From Octopus bimaculoides (lineage: Eukaryota): a DNA stretch of 64,000 bases. The notes under the pieces are model-generated. The model did no database searches. It worked only from the letters and a program-made list of their open reading frames with translations, and was not told the DNA's origin. Below, in pieces: positions 11,535 through 24,300 of the stretch (the first letter of the stretch is position 1; each line of letters starts with the position of its first letter). The translations under genes were made by a program, and so were the position numbers. The stretch spans positions 56,210,166 through 56,274,165 of the forward strand of contig NC_068995.1 of NCBI RefSeq assembly GCF_001194135.2, read 5' to 3'.

Positions 11535-12984
11535 AATCACATATAAAGAAACAATGTCTTTTCTATACATAGAATACGGATTTATTTATGGGGGTAGAAA
11601 TTGATATTAATCAATTTGAACCAGTGGTCTAGCATATTAAAAAAATCCGAAGATTAGAAATTATATTTTTAAATCAACAAATTACGCTGACAATCCTGCA
11701 GATATTTACTTATGTAAATTTTAACAGGTGAAACCATGGTACGTAGGTTAATCGTTTTTATTTAGTATTTTTTCATTTGTCTTGCTCTTTTACAGTCTGT
11801 TGCGTCGCTGAATTTTTACTGAGAACATATATTTTTTTTCATGGTTAGATGATTCAGCATAGAATACAGATGTATAAAATCCCAGAAGATGAAACATTAC
11901 TTCATTTAGACAGGCATGTAGAAAAAAGTGAGTACAGTCTATTACGTATAAAAAGAAATATTTTTAAAAATTAATAAATTAATACTACAGTGTCTAGAAA
12001 AAGTTTTTTTATAACATTATAAAACCTAAAATAAGATAATAAATATATAAGAATATAAATATATGTATATAAATATAAAACTACATATATAAGAAACATG
12101 TAAATACATAAGATAAAGAATATAGATAAAAGTTCATTGATTAATTTTTTTTTTTTTTTTTCGATTAACAGTTAGTTTTTAAGGAAACCTTTTTAGAAAA
12201 GCTGGTGTCCAAGCAAAATAGAGACAAAAAAAAAAACAACATATTTACAGTTCCTATGGCCATTTCAGGGTTTCATTAACATAGTCAATGCACGAGGGTG
12301 CATTACCGTAATGACTCCTTAGTCAGGGGAAAATAGTAACACCACATACCAATACAAGATTTTTTTAACAAAAGGGGATACATCATTGCATGTCTTCTTT
12401 TATAAGATATCATGTAGGGACCAGTCCAAATATTCAAACAATTCTTTTTCCTACCCTTTCCTTCTCTCTTTCTTTTCTTTATTTAAATCAGAAGAGGAAA
12501 AAAAAAAATTTTTATGCAGGTGGCTGTATTAAAGTAAATTCAGCCATGTGGGTTTCAATTCCCAGTAACGGCTAAGTGATTTTATTATTTTGACTTTTTA
12601 TTCCCATACATTTTTAAGAAGGTAGACAAAGATTTCTGGATGCAGAAAGGAATCACATCAGTAAATTTTTTTTCTCTTTTTTTTTTTTGCTTGGACACCG
12701 GCTTTTCTAAAAAGGTTTCTTTTTACCTTAAAAAGTAACTTTTAATTGAAAAAAAAATTTCTTAATCGATGAACTTTTAGGTTTTATAATGTTATAAAAA
12801 AAAAATTTTCTACACACTGTAGTATTAATTTATTAATTTTTAAAAATATATTTTTTATACGCGATAGACTGTACTCCCTTTTTTTCTATATGCCTGTCTA
12901 AATGAAGTAATGTTTGATCTTCTGTGATTTTGTACATCCGTATTCTATGTATAGAAAAAGCATTATGTTTCTTTATATGTGATT
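11535..12984. mobile_element. Large AT-rich foldback/MITE-like element: inverted arms 11535-12248 and 12661-12984, about 410-bp spacer
   Basis: The right arm (gtaaatt..gcttggacaccggcttttctaaaaaggtttc..ctgtagtattaatttattaatt..gcctgtctaaatgaagtaatgttt..atccgtattctatgtatagaaaaagcattatgtttctttatatgtgatt) is the reverse complement of 11535-11581 + 11872-12031 + 12132-12248. The right arm runs into an N-gap. Confidence 0.85.
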
Positions 12985-13334
12985 NNNNNNNNNNNNNNNN
13001 NNNNNNNNNNNNNNNNNNNNNNNNNNNNNNNNNNNNNNNNNNNNNNNNNNNNNNNNNNNNNNNNNNNNNNNNNNNNNNNNNNNNNNNNNNNNNNNNNNNN
13101 NNNNNNNNNNNNNNNNNNNNNNNNNNNNNNNNNNNNNNNNNNNNNNNNNNNNNNNNNNNNNNNNNNNNNNNNNNNNNNNNNNNNNNNNNNNNNNNNNNNN
13201 NNNNNNNNNNNNNNNNNNNNNNNNNNNNNNNNNNNNNNNNNNNNNNNNNNNNNNNNNNNNNNNNNNNNNNNNNNNNNNNNNNNNNNNNNNNNNNNNNNNN
13301 NNNNNNNNNNNNNNNNNNNNNNNNNNNNNNNTTG

Positions 13335-13545
13335 TTTCATTCATTAGACTGCAGCCATACTGGGGTACCTCCTTGAAGAATTTTAACTAAAAGACCTCAG
13401 TACTCGATACTTTAAAGCCTGGAACTTATTATATTGGTCTTTTTGTTGGACCACTAAGTTATGGTGATATAAACACACCAACACATATCTATATGATGGG
13501 CTTCTTCCAGTTTCCATCTGCCAAATCCACTCACAAAGCTATCTA
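13335..13545 (-). mobile_element. tRNA-derived SINE A/B, partial
   Basis: Reads ttgtttcattcattagactgcagccatactggg..ccactaagttatgg..gatgggcttcttccagtttccatctgccaaatccactcacaa. Confidence 0.65.
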
Positions 13546-15691
13546 CCAACTCATATTTATACACACACACACATATATGGACACATGCACACACAAGATT
13601 TCTTTCTTTTTGTTTCTCTATTTCTTTACTCATTCATTTTTTTCTTTAATTATTTATTTATGTATTTGCTTATTGAATGACATAACGGGCAAACTGTTTG
13701 AATTATCCGTGTGACATTATTACGATTCGTTCTAGAACAATCCAAAGAGAAATATATTCATCTATCAACACCTAGAGAAACTCATAGTTCTTTGACCTGT
13801 GACTAGTTTGCTAAGTGCCAACGCAGGAAATTCTCAGACCTTGAGTCACTCTGTTACTGCTGCTACATATATATATATATATATTACAGAGATGTACTTG
13901 CATAGCAAGCAACTTGATCTGAGAACGTGTGCTGAAGCAAAAACAATTGCAGTGTGGAAGATGTTTATAAGCCATTTAAGAACACACAAATGACTGTTAG
14001 ATTAACTTCAACAATTAAATTTAATTTGTGTCAAAATGTTTTCATCGCTTAGAAACTGCGACCTGTTCACTGACAAAACTTTGTGCTGCATATATGTGCA
14101 GCATATATATATGTGGTTATGTGCTGCATATATATATATGGTTATGAGTGTATGTTTGAGTCTGCTTGTCTCGACATCGTATGACTGTTGTAAACGAGTG
14201 TCTCTGTCATGCAAGCGGTGTCACTCATTTCCAACCTTCAGTGAAAGCATGTCTGGCCACGGCGTGGGTAAACAGAAGCCTACTTGGAAATAGGTGAAGG
14301 CTGGCAACACAAATGCCATCTGGCTGTAGAATATCTGCTTGAATGAATTCTCAGCTGATGCACGAAGAAGTAGATATTAAAATGATGATGATGATGATTA
14401 TGATGATGTCACAAATATCAAAGATGGTAAACATTCCAGCTAGAAATATCGGTAGAGTTGTTTTGAGTTGCAGCCAACTTTTATTTCGAGGTACTGTAAA
14501 GTTATTTCGCTGTGTGCTTCGACATAATATACACATTCAACACATTTGCTATACAGGCTAGTTTTAAGGAAGGAGAAAAACAAAACGAATGCTGAGAGCA
14601 GACATTGATTCATTCAATTATTCCTAGGACCACCAAATAACTTCTTCTGATAAAGAGTCTCATGGAAAGATGAGAAACAGTGGAAATAAGTTCTGTGATT
14701 TTAATGATTAATGATGCTTGTATACTATTAAATTAGAATGACGCTCTTACGATATAAATGATGGTGGTATTGAGGAGGCATGAGATGTGGAAGGTGGCGC
14801 TGTCACTGTTGCTGCTGCTGCTGAATGTAAAGGGAAGAAGAAGAAAGGACAGTAGAAGAAAGAGGCGACAATGGGAAAACAAAGATTTTATAAATATAAA
14901 AGCCAGCAAGTGATCTGATTGGTCAGTGCATTTGTAAGTGGTACCGCCACTGGCAGGACATTTTTGTGACAGAACGTTCGAAGGGGAAACTTACAGAAGA
15001 TTTCAACCTTATTGTCAATCAACGGTAATTTAGTTAATGACAAAAGCAGATTGGAAAATAATGTACCCCCCACCACTTCACTGTATCCAAATGTTAATTA
15101 ACACCTTTTTTTTTTTTTTTTTCATGCTGTTCTGAAATAATTTCTGCATCTATGCAAAAGTCAACACCAGTTTGGTTTTGCTTGTTCTTCAAATGAGAAT
15201 GAAAGCTGATATTATTCAGATACAACAATAAAAGGTGAAAGAATGAAAAGAAGAAGAAATATATGAGAGAAGGAATAAATAGAATGAAACATAAAGAAAA
15301 TGAAAGGGATAATGAGGAAGGAATGGGAGATGGGAATGAAAGAAATTAAGCTTTCAGACACAATCAGTTCAGTTTTGTCCGAAAGTAATACGAGATGTTT
15401 AGATACACAAATAAAATTACATTAACGCTAGCGCTTAGTGTGTCCATGCTACGTGGCTTTGATTGGAAAGGACATGGTTCTAACCCTTACAAAAGGGGAT
15501 CCTTATTAAATTCTGGTGTTGTCACATGGTTGCTACTGTTTTCTAAAGACCAAGTTGCTTTGCATAAAGAATGGTAGGACAAGCAGATCTCGACATTAAC
15601 TGCTCTCACAACACACACACACACACGTATGAAAATAAAAAAAAATAGTGGCTAGAAATGAAGTTCATTGCAACAAAGAGATAGTTTCAGG

Positions 15692-15692
<1 letters not shown>

Positions 15693-15740
<48 letters not shown>

Positions 15741-15782
15741 CATAATAATAATAATAATGGCGATGATGATGATGATGATGAG
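15693..15782. repeat. (AAT)n followed by (GAT)n microsatellite
   Basis: Directly visible. Confidence 0.95.
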
Positions 15783-16629
15783 GATGAATAAATAATAAAT
15801 AAAATATAAAAGTAAAGGATTTGATTCATAAGAACAAATTTGAAACTGTATGAATCTTTTAGACTTTTACTTTCTCCACAGAAATGTCTGCTTTCATGAT
15901 TCTCTCTTCCCCACCCTCACCCCTCTCTCAATTGTTCACTCCCCACCCTCATGCCTTCTTAATTCTTTTTCCCTGTATTAAACTTCAGTTACATTCCCTT
16001 TTATAGTCATTCAGTTGCCATATTTTATTTTCCCCTTTTTTTGAACATTGCTTTCTTTCTCTCTCTCTCGCTCACTTTCTTTCTTTCTCCCTCTTTCATT
16101 CACACACACATTTGTTCACTCCTTCCTCCACACCTCTTTCAATATCATTCCTATATTTATCTTTTATCCTTCACTTGTTTCAGCCATTGGACTGTGGCCA
16201 TGCTGGAGCAATCCTTGAAGGATTTTAGTCAAACAAATCCACCCAAGTATTTAAAATTTTTTAAAGTCTATTAGTCTCTGTTTACAAACTGTTAAATTAT
16301 GGGGATGTAAACAAACCAACACTGGTTGCCAAGCCGCGATGAGAGGACAAACACAGATGCACATATACAGAGTGCAGGTAAAATTACATCTAATGATGTA
16401 AAAGGTGTATATAGACAAGGCTCATATTGACTTATTACCTAAAACTCCAACATGAAATGTGGCCAAAAGAGGTGTTGTAGCCAGTGGCGGACTGGCCAGG
16501 TTGCTAGCTTGCCCAATGGCAAGTGGGTCCCTGCACCATTAGAATCCATATATGGGAGACTCATGTTGGTTTTTATTAACTCCTGGAAGAATGCATTAAT
16601 TATTCCAGCCTGACTGTGTTTTTAGTCAA

Positions 16630-16958
16630 AGGAATCTACCCCAGTAATTATTTTTTTTAAGCCTTGTACTTATTCTACCAGTCTCTTTTGCTGAACCACT
16701 AAGTTACAGGGACATAAACACACCCACACTGGTTGTCAGGTGGTGAAGGGAGAACAAACACAGACATGTGCATAGATATATACAAATATATATACGATGG
16801 GCTTCTTTCAGTTTCTGTCTACCAAATCCATTCACAAGGTTTTAGTTGGCCTGAGGTTATGGTAGAAGACACTTGCTCAAAGTGCCACACAGTGAGACTG
16901 AACCCAGAACCATGTGGTTGGGAAGCAAGATTCTTACCACACAGCCACTCCTGAGCCT
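16630..16958 (-). mobile_element. Near full-length tRNA-derived SINE (A head, central CA/TA tract, B tail)
   Basis: On the minus strand it begins ggctcaggagtggctgtgtggtaagaatcttgcttcccaaccacatggttctgggttcagtc (A/B-box-like), continues through the central microsatellite and ends in the B tail. Confidence 0.82.
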
Positions 16959-19674
16959 ATGTGTTGGCCATGAATGTGTTGTAATTTGTTTAATGTAGAA
17001 TAATTGTTATGCTGATGATGCCTATAGAGGCAGAAACATGTTTCTATGATTATCCTTTTATCTTGGACAATAAGCCTGTCCTTTTCCTTAGTGGCATGCC
17101 AGTTTTTGAACCATTCTACATGTGTTTCAGTCTTCTGTAAACAAAACATTGTGTAATTCAGCTATTTCATGTGAAAATCAGTGAATGAAAATTTCCTTCC
17201 TTGTAAAAAACAAAGCAATTACAGTTGGCAACAGTAAAGGCATCCAGCTATTGGATACTGTCTTAATAAGTCTCATCCAACCTTTGCTGGGTTGGTAATG
17301 TAAAGGGTTAAAGAACTTGTCATGCCCTTGACAAAACTTGAGGGCTGCCGAAGTATTACACTTTACAGAGAGTACTGCATGTTTTTCCATGGCATCAACA
17401 TAAGTACTAGAGTGGTGGCCATGTCCAGAACACAACTACTGGAACCTCTTGACTCCTTGTCTCTACTCACTCAGCAGAGCGATAGATTTACAGATTTCAA
17501 ACTTTTAGATTAAACTACCAACATAACAAACTTGGAGACATAGTTTACAGAAACTCTCTCTATACCCTTATATGGTAATCATTGTCGTGGATGTAGTGTA
17601 TGATTGAGTAACATCATTCTACTCATCCATATCACACCTCTGACATGGATGAGTGGAAAGAGAGAAAACAGGTGCTTTGCAACCTTGCGTCACATGTTAA
17701 TCTTTCAGTTGCTCCAAATGAAATGGTTAGCGTTGATGAAAATTTTGATTTGGTATATGATATTGCTAAATTAATAACAATCACAACAACAGCAACAACA
17801 ATAATGAAACAAGATTAATTTCCAACTATAATATCATCTGAGCAAGATTAGCTGCACATTATAATACCCACCCCTCAAGAAAAAAAAAAAAGAGAGAGTG
17901 AGAGTGAGAGAGAGAGAGATTTAATGTTATTCCATAATGCTTTGACAAGGTTAATGTTTGACCACAATACCTTAAAAGAGTGAGTCATATTGCTGCTACC
18001 ACGACGAGCACAATGGAATGTTTTTTTTTTTTTTTTTTTACATGTCTGCAAAATTCCTGAAATATATCATTTTTAAATCCCTGTCAATGTTTTGTTATTT
18101 TCCCACAGATTCAATACAATGTTTCTGATTTCCGATCAATATTCCAAGATTTATAACCTCCTCAGCAAAAGAGGTACATTTTTATGGCAAATGGAATCAA
18201 AGATGATGATGATGATGATGATGATGATGGTAGTGATGATGATAATGATGATGATGTTGCTGTAGCTGACGGTGGTGGCAGTGTTTGTCATAGTTATATG
18301 GGATACAGTGGAAAAATATATGAATGTATAGGCATGTTTGTGTGTGTGTATGAGTATCTAAGAGTGTACATGTGCATTTGTGCATGTAAGCATAGCCTGA
18401 TGTGCATATGTAAAAAAATAGTGTGAAGTATATGAAATATAATGTGTATGTGCAGGTGTATGTATACATGTAGATGTATATATACATACATACATACATA
18501 TATATACACACATACACACACACACATACATATGTGTGTATGTGTATGTATATACATATATGTGTCTGTGTGTGTGCGCGCTTCAGTAATAAGTCTTGCT
18601 AGAAGTGTGAGTCAATTATGGTTTCCTTTATGCTAGCAAAATGAATTGCATAATTTAATGGATAATTGAAAACTTTAGTTGAGAGCTTGTAGGGTTTGAT
18701 GGCTGTCTGAATGTAAATTGTTCACGAAAAAAATAAAATAAGACAAAAAAAATACAAACAAGAAAAGCCAAAAAATTTTTTTTAACTATAATTTTTTTTT
18801 CTCCTTTCACAAAGCCAAGAACCACTAAACCATGTTTTTAATGTATGGAATCATGTACGAATGGTACATATCAAAGGCTGAAATTGTATACAGATTTATT
18901 TTTAGAGTACTAAATATGTTCATTAATACAGTTCAGTGTGCTATGGGTATTTAAAAGGACAGATATAGTCATGAGAATAAGTATATAAAAAAAAAAAAAA
19001 ATCTAGCATATAATTGGAAGATTTTCATCAGTGAAAATGACTGGCTTTGAAAAATTTTTTCAAACTATGTACAGAGAAACATAGAAGTGCTGCAGTATAT
19101 AAATTTATCATATTATTATCATTATTATTATTATTATTATTACTATTGTTGTTTACATATTTTTGTTTTATGAATTTCACTCTTCATAAAACAAAAAATG
19201 AGCCTATAAATTTTGGGGAGCTATCATTAATGCCAATAGAAAGTTGGTGAGCTGAAAAATCCTTCACCAAGTTCCATAGCTTTGGAACCATGACAATAGA
19301 ACCTGTAAACATCACGATGGACAGATTTGTCTTGTTGGCTCACGCCGGCAGAAAAAACAAAAAAAGCAAAAATAACAAAGAAAGTAAACAAATAAACCAA
19401 GTCTGGTATTTAAATGAGAAAGTCTCACAGATATTAACGAGATATGTTAATAATAAACAAGCAAACAAATTTAATCTCAACTCCACAACCATATATATAT
19501 ATATATATATATATNNNNNNNNNNNNNNNNNNNNNNNNNNNNNNNNNNNNNNNNNNNNNNNNNNNNNNNNNNNNNNNNNNNNNNNNNNNNNNNNNNNNNN
19601 NNNNNNNNNNNNNNNNTATATACATATATATATATATATATATATAACTATATATATATATATATATGGTGATG

Positions 19675-19705
<31 letters not shown>

Positions 19706-20365
19706 TACACAGGTACACATACACACAAGCATGTGAATGCTAGATATTTATGTATGAGTGTTTATGTATGTGTACATGTGTGTGTGTGTGTGTGTGTGTG
19801 TGATGGCCTTTTCTCTTTTTATCCCATTCAGAGAATGTTCTGGTTTTGTTTTGGGTAGGAGTCAGCAGTAAATTGTAACTGAAGCCACTTCCTTTGTTGT
19901 AGAGTCTCATATGTCATAAGGAATTCAAACTGCTACTTGTTGTTCCAGGTAGTTATTTAAAGCAGAATTCTACAGCAGAAAGTGAAAAGGTTAATTACCT
20001 CTTATTATTGTGAAAAAAAAGAGAACTACCACTTGAGTTGTTTATGGTGACAGGCCAAGGAGTGATGAGAGGAACAGACAAGTGGGTGGTGGTTGGAGGA
20101 GGTAAGCAAAACATCGGAATATGGTGAAAACGAAAATGTGAGAGATGGACAAAACAGATAGAATGAAATAGATAGGGAATAAATTGGGAATAAATAGTCA
20201 AATTTTGGAATGGACAAAACAGAGATTGAAATAAAACAGGAATAAGATAGAAATTAAAAAGAGCAAGAAATATGGGCAACAAATGGTGCTGTTAAATGAA
20301 GGAAATGGTGCAAAAAACATTAAAATTTCAAATTAGAGACAAAAAAATAATAGTTGTGTTTATAG

Positions 20366-20600
20366 GTAGAGTGATGGCCATCTGGTGAAGCAGCTCACTT
20401 AGCAACCATGTGGTTTTGGCTTCAGTCTCACTGTGTGACACCTTGAGCAAGTGTCTTTCATCTACTATAGGTCCAAGTTGACCAATACATTCAGAGTGGA
20501 TTTTGAGGATGGACGCTGAGTGCAAACCCACTTGTATGTATGGTGGTGCTCCAGCATGGCTGCAGTCTAATGAATGAAACAAGTAAAAGATAAAAGAATG
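20366..20600 (+). mobile_element. tRNA-derived SINE A/B with internal deletion
   Basis: Reads gcaaccatgtggttttggcttcagtctcactgtgtgacaccttgagcaagtgtct..ggtggtgctccagcatggctgcagtctaatgaatgaaacaagtaaaagataaaaga. Confidence 0.7.
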
Positions 20601-21259
20601 AGTTCAAAAGTAACTACAAAGTATAGCTCTACTTTAGACATTGAGTACATATGAAAATATATGAACTGAATTCATGAGCAGTAGAGTATATATATGAATA
20701 AATACTTTAAGATGTAGGTTTATCAAATTATAATTGAAGTCAGTTGGTTAAAAAAAAATGCCCTTAATTTAGTTCAAAAGTTACTAGAAGGTATTGGTCT
20801 ACTTTAGCTATTGAGTTTGTATTAAAATATATGAACAAAATTCATTAGCTGCTGAATGTATTCAACTCATTCTTCTTGTTACCATTGTTTCCAATTAAAA
20901 TTATTATCATTTCCAAGATTTTTTTTTTGTTTTTGTTATTTTTCTTTCATTAATTCCATTGTTTGACTCTCAAACCATTCACAAGAAAAGTGTAAGAAAT
21001 CTTTACTTATTGTCTTTAGTGAAAAACTATACAATTAATGGTTAAATTAGAATATAATAGCTGCTCTGAGAGAAGTACTGCTAATGGTCATTTTTTTTTT
21101 TGCTTCTTTGGTTGTTTATCTATTTATTATTTATTAATTTATGATTTAAAAACATATACAAATACAAACATTTATACACCCACACACACACACGTCTATA
21201 TAAACAAACATATAACATACATGTATGTACTTACATATATACATTAAACACATACATTC

Positions 21260-21302
<43 letters not shown>

Positions 21303-21331
21303 CATATATAGATATACATACNNNNNNNNNN

Positions 21332-21378
<47 letters not shown>

Positions 21379-24300
21379 CATATATATATATAAACATATA
21401 TGTGCATGCATATATAAATATACATACATATAGATATATACATAATATATACATATATTCTTATATATATGTGTGTATATATACACACATATATATACAT
21501 ACCTATGCATATATATACATACACATTCATGCACACAAATATATATGTATATTTACAAAACACAGATGTAAGAGTTTCTAAAGAACATGATGGAATAATA
21601 CCATTAATTACCCAAGTAGTTTAAACTATAGAAAACCAAGATAAATTACCTTCAAAGAGAAGTGTAAAACATAAATAAACAAATGTAATTAAAACAAGAA
21701 AAACAGCAACAGAAAAGCATAACATAACGAGTGCAAGAATATTTGTTTTGTTTTACCATAATTATGCACCATCAAATTTGTAGTCGCAATACTTGTGCTA
21801 AAATGGCAGGTGGTTCTCTAACCAGAGAAAGAAATGCAAAGAAAAAAATGAAGAAAAAAATCTCCCACAACAGAACATTTTTTTAAAAAGAATTTAAATC
21901 TAAAAAGCAGAACAAAATTAAATATAAAATTAAATTAACCTGGCATTGAAATTTATCAAGAAAAATTTGAAATTGAAGAATTTCAATACAAAACAAAGTA
22001 TTTTGAAATAAACAAGTATTATGATTGGTTATGTTGCTATTCTTCTGTATGTGTGTGTGTGTTTGTGTGTGTGCATGAGCGTGTATGATTTTCAAAAAAA
22101 TCTGAAATGCTGCTGGCAGAGCAAACAATGCTCAAAAATTTATCAAAATATAAGAAAAAAATGCTTAGGTGAGGGGTGAAATTTGCTGAAGCCAAAATAA
22201 TAGTGCTTATGGTGACAGCTATTCTACACGTTAAATATATAAGCTGAGAATACAATAACAACGGCACACACACACACAATTAAAAGAAGAAAAAGGAAAG
22301 GCTAGTCTCAAGAATGTTCTAAAGACAATGGCAAAAGATTTCAAGACCAATATAATTCAATGTTTCCAGAATAGTATTTCATAGAGCACAAATATTTTTC
22401 AATAGACCAAGTGAAAGAACTCGGAATGAATCGTAGAGCCAATGGTATTCCAAGAAAAATTTTGCCTATATCACTGGGAAAATTCCAACATGGGCTTAAT
22501 TTTTTTCTATGGCTTCATGCACCAATGGAGCATGCATAAGCCAAATATTACAATTTTCTTTTTTATTCTTTCTACTCACAATAAATAAATAGATAAATAT
22601 AAAAAATGACAAGCTATGTGTTTAGTAAGGACAATTATAGAGAGAATAAGAAACTATGTTCAGAAAATAAATGCAGAAACTCCCACAACTGCAAAAACAT
22701 ACACAAACGTGTATNNNNNNNNNNNNNNNNNNNNNNNNNNNNNNNNNNNNNNNNNNNNNNNNNNNNNNNNNNNNNNNNNNNNNNNNNNNNNNNNNNNNNN
22801 NNNNNNNNNNNNNNNNNNNNNNNNNNNNNNNNNNNNNNNNNNNNNNNNNNNNNNNNNNNNNNNNNNNNNNNNNNNNNNNNNNNNNNNNNNNNNNNNNNNN
22901 NNNNNNNNNNNNNNNNNNNNNNNNNNNNNNNNNNNNNNNNNNNNNNNNNNNNNNNNNNNNNNNNNNNNNNNNNNNNNNNNNNNNNNNNNNNNNNNNNNNN
23001 NNNNNNNNNNNNNNNNNNNNNNNNNNNNNNNNNNNNNNNNNNNNNNNNNNNNNNNNNNNNNNNNNNNNNNNNNNNNNNNNNNNNNNNNNNNNNNNNNNNN
23101 NNNNNNNNNNNNNNNNNNNNNNNNNNNNNNNNNNNNNNNNNNNNNNNNNNNNNNNNNNNNNNNNNNNNNNNNNNNNNNNNNNNNNNNNNNNNNNNNNNNN
23201 NNNNNNNNNNNNNNNNNNNNNNNNNNNNNNNNNNNNNNNNNNNNNNNNNNNNNNNNNNNNNNNNNNNNNNNNNNNNNNNNNNNNNNNNNNNNNNNNNNNN
23301 NNNNNNNNNNNNNNNNNNNNNNNNNNNNNNNNNNNNNNNNNNNNNNNNNNNNNATATATATATTTATATATATATGTAGTCTCTAAAAAATGAAACCCTA
23401 AACATGTCAACAAACACTGGAACTTTCTTTATGCTTTATGCTATTTTCTCCTTCCACTAGGAAGAATAAATAAATAATGTTTTCTCTCCAAGCAAGCTAT
23501 TCAGGACAACTAACTTAGAAGAAAATGAAATATAGGAATGAAATGAATAAATTTTGTTTACACTTTTAATATATATTCAACAATGGTGCTTTGATAGAGA
23601 AGCCTTCTGATCAATGTCTAACTGTTTATACTCAGCTAGTTTGAATGGAAGACACTGCTGTACGCTCAACAGAGAATGGCAACTGCTGTGGTCACAACAA
23701 CAACAATAACAAAGAGGAAGTGCTGCATATTGGCAAGTATTTAATATCAGGAGTTCAAAACTTTTCGAAGGAAAGGGAAGATGTTGAGAAAAGAAATCTG
23801 AAATAGAAATAAAGAAATATATGATTTTATATACGGTGCTCGTACGTGACTGTGTGGTTAGTTTGTTTGCTCTCCAACCAATCAGGTATTCTGAGGTTCA
23901 CTTCCACAGTATGGTACCTTGGGCAAGAATCTTTTACTGTTGCTTCAGGACGACCAATGCCTTAGGAATTAATTTGATAGATGCAAACTATATGCTTGCA
24001 GCAACCAATATTGCATGGCACCTTGGGCAATGTTTTCCACTATAGTCCCAGACTAACCAGAGCTTTGTGAGTAGATTTGGTATATAAAAACTGAAAAAAG
24101 CTTATCATATATATGTGTGTGCGGAGGGGTGGCATTTGAATTGGTGTCTCCTTGTCTTGGCATCACATGACAATTGTAAACAAGTGTCACTGCTGTACAG
24201 TGGTCTCCTTTGTGTCCAATGCTCTGTGAAAAATATGTCTGGCCATGGGGAAAATTTTTTACCTTACTTGGATACAGGTGAGTATTGGTGACGGGAAGAG

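Noticed and set aside
14351-14536. Minus-strand ORF and the alternative frame GCNSKQLYRYF, vaguely like WDR4 exon 3 (DDSKRLILF)
   Set aside because: It lacks the conserved F.A..DD motif and ends in a stop with no suitable donor.
16900-16958. tRNA-like A/B-box sequences here and at 8148, 26998 and 46644
   Set aside because: They are SINE heads continuing into shared non-tRNA bodies; no full cloverleaf or acceptor stem.
18109-18173. Plus-strand 65-nt exon-like segment (ttattttcccacag| ... GAG|gtacat; FNTMFLISDQYSKIYNLLSKR)
   Set aside because: No recognisable homology or partner exons; splice-like signals are common in pyrimidine-rich introns.
21757-21817. 61-nt minus-strand exon-like segment with good splice sites (same length as human WDR4 exon 6)
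   Set aside because: It is on the wrong side of exon 5, has a stop in the required phase, and the open frame has no WDR4 similarity.
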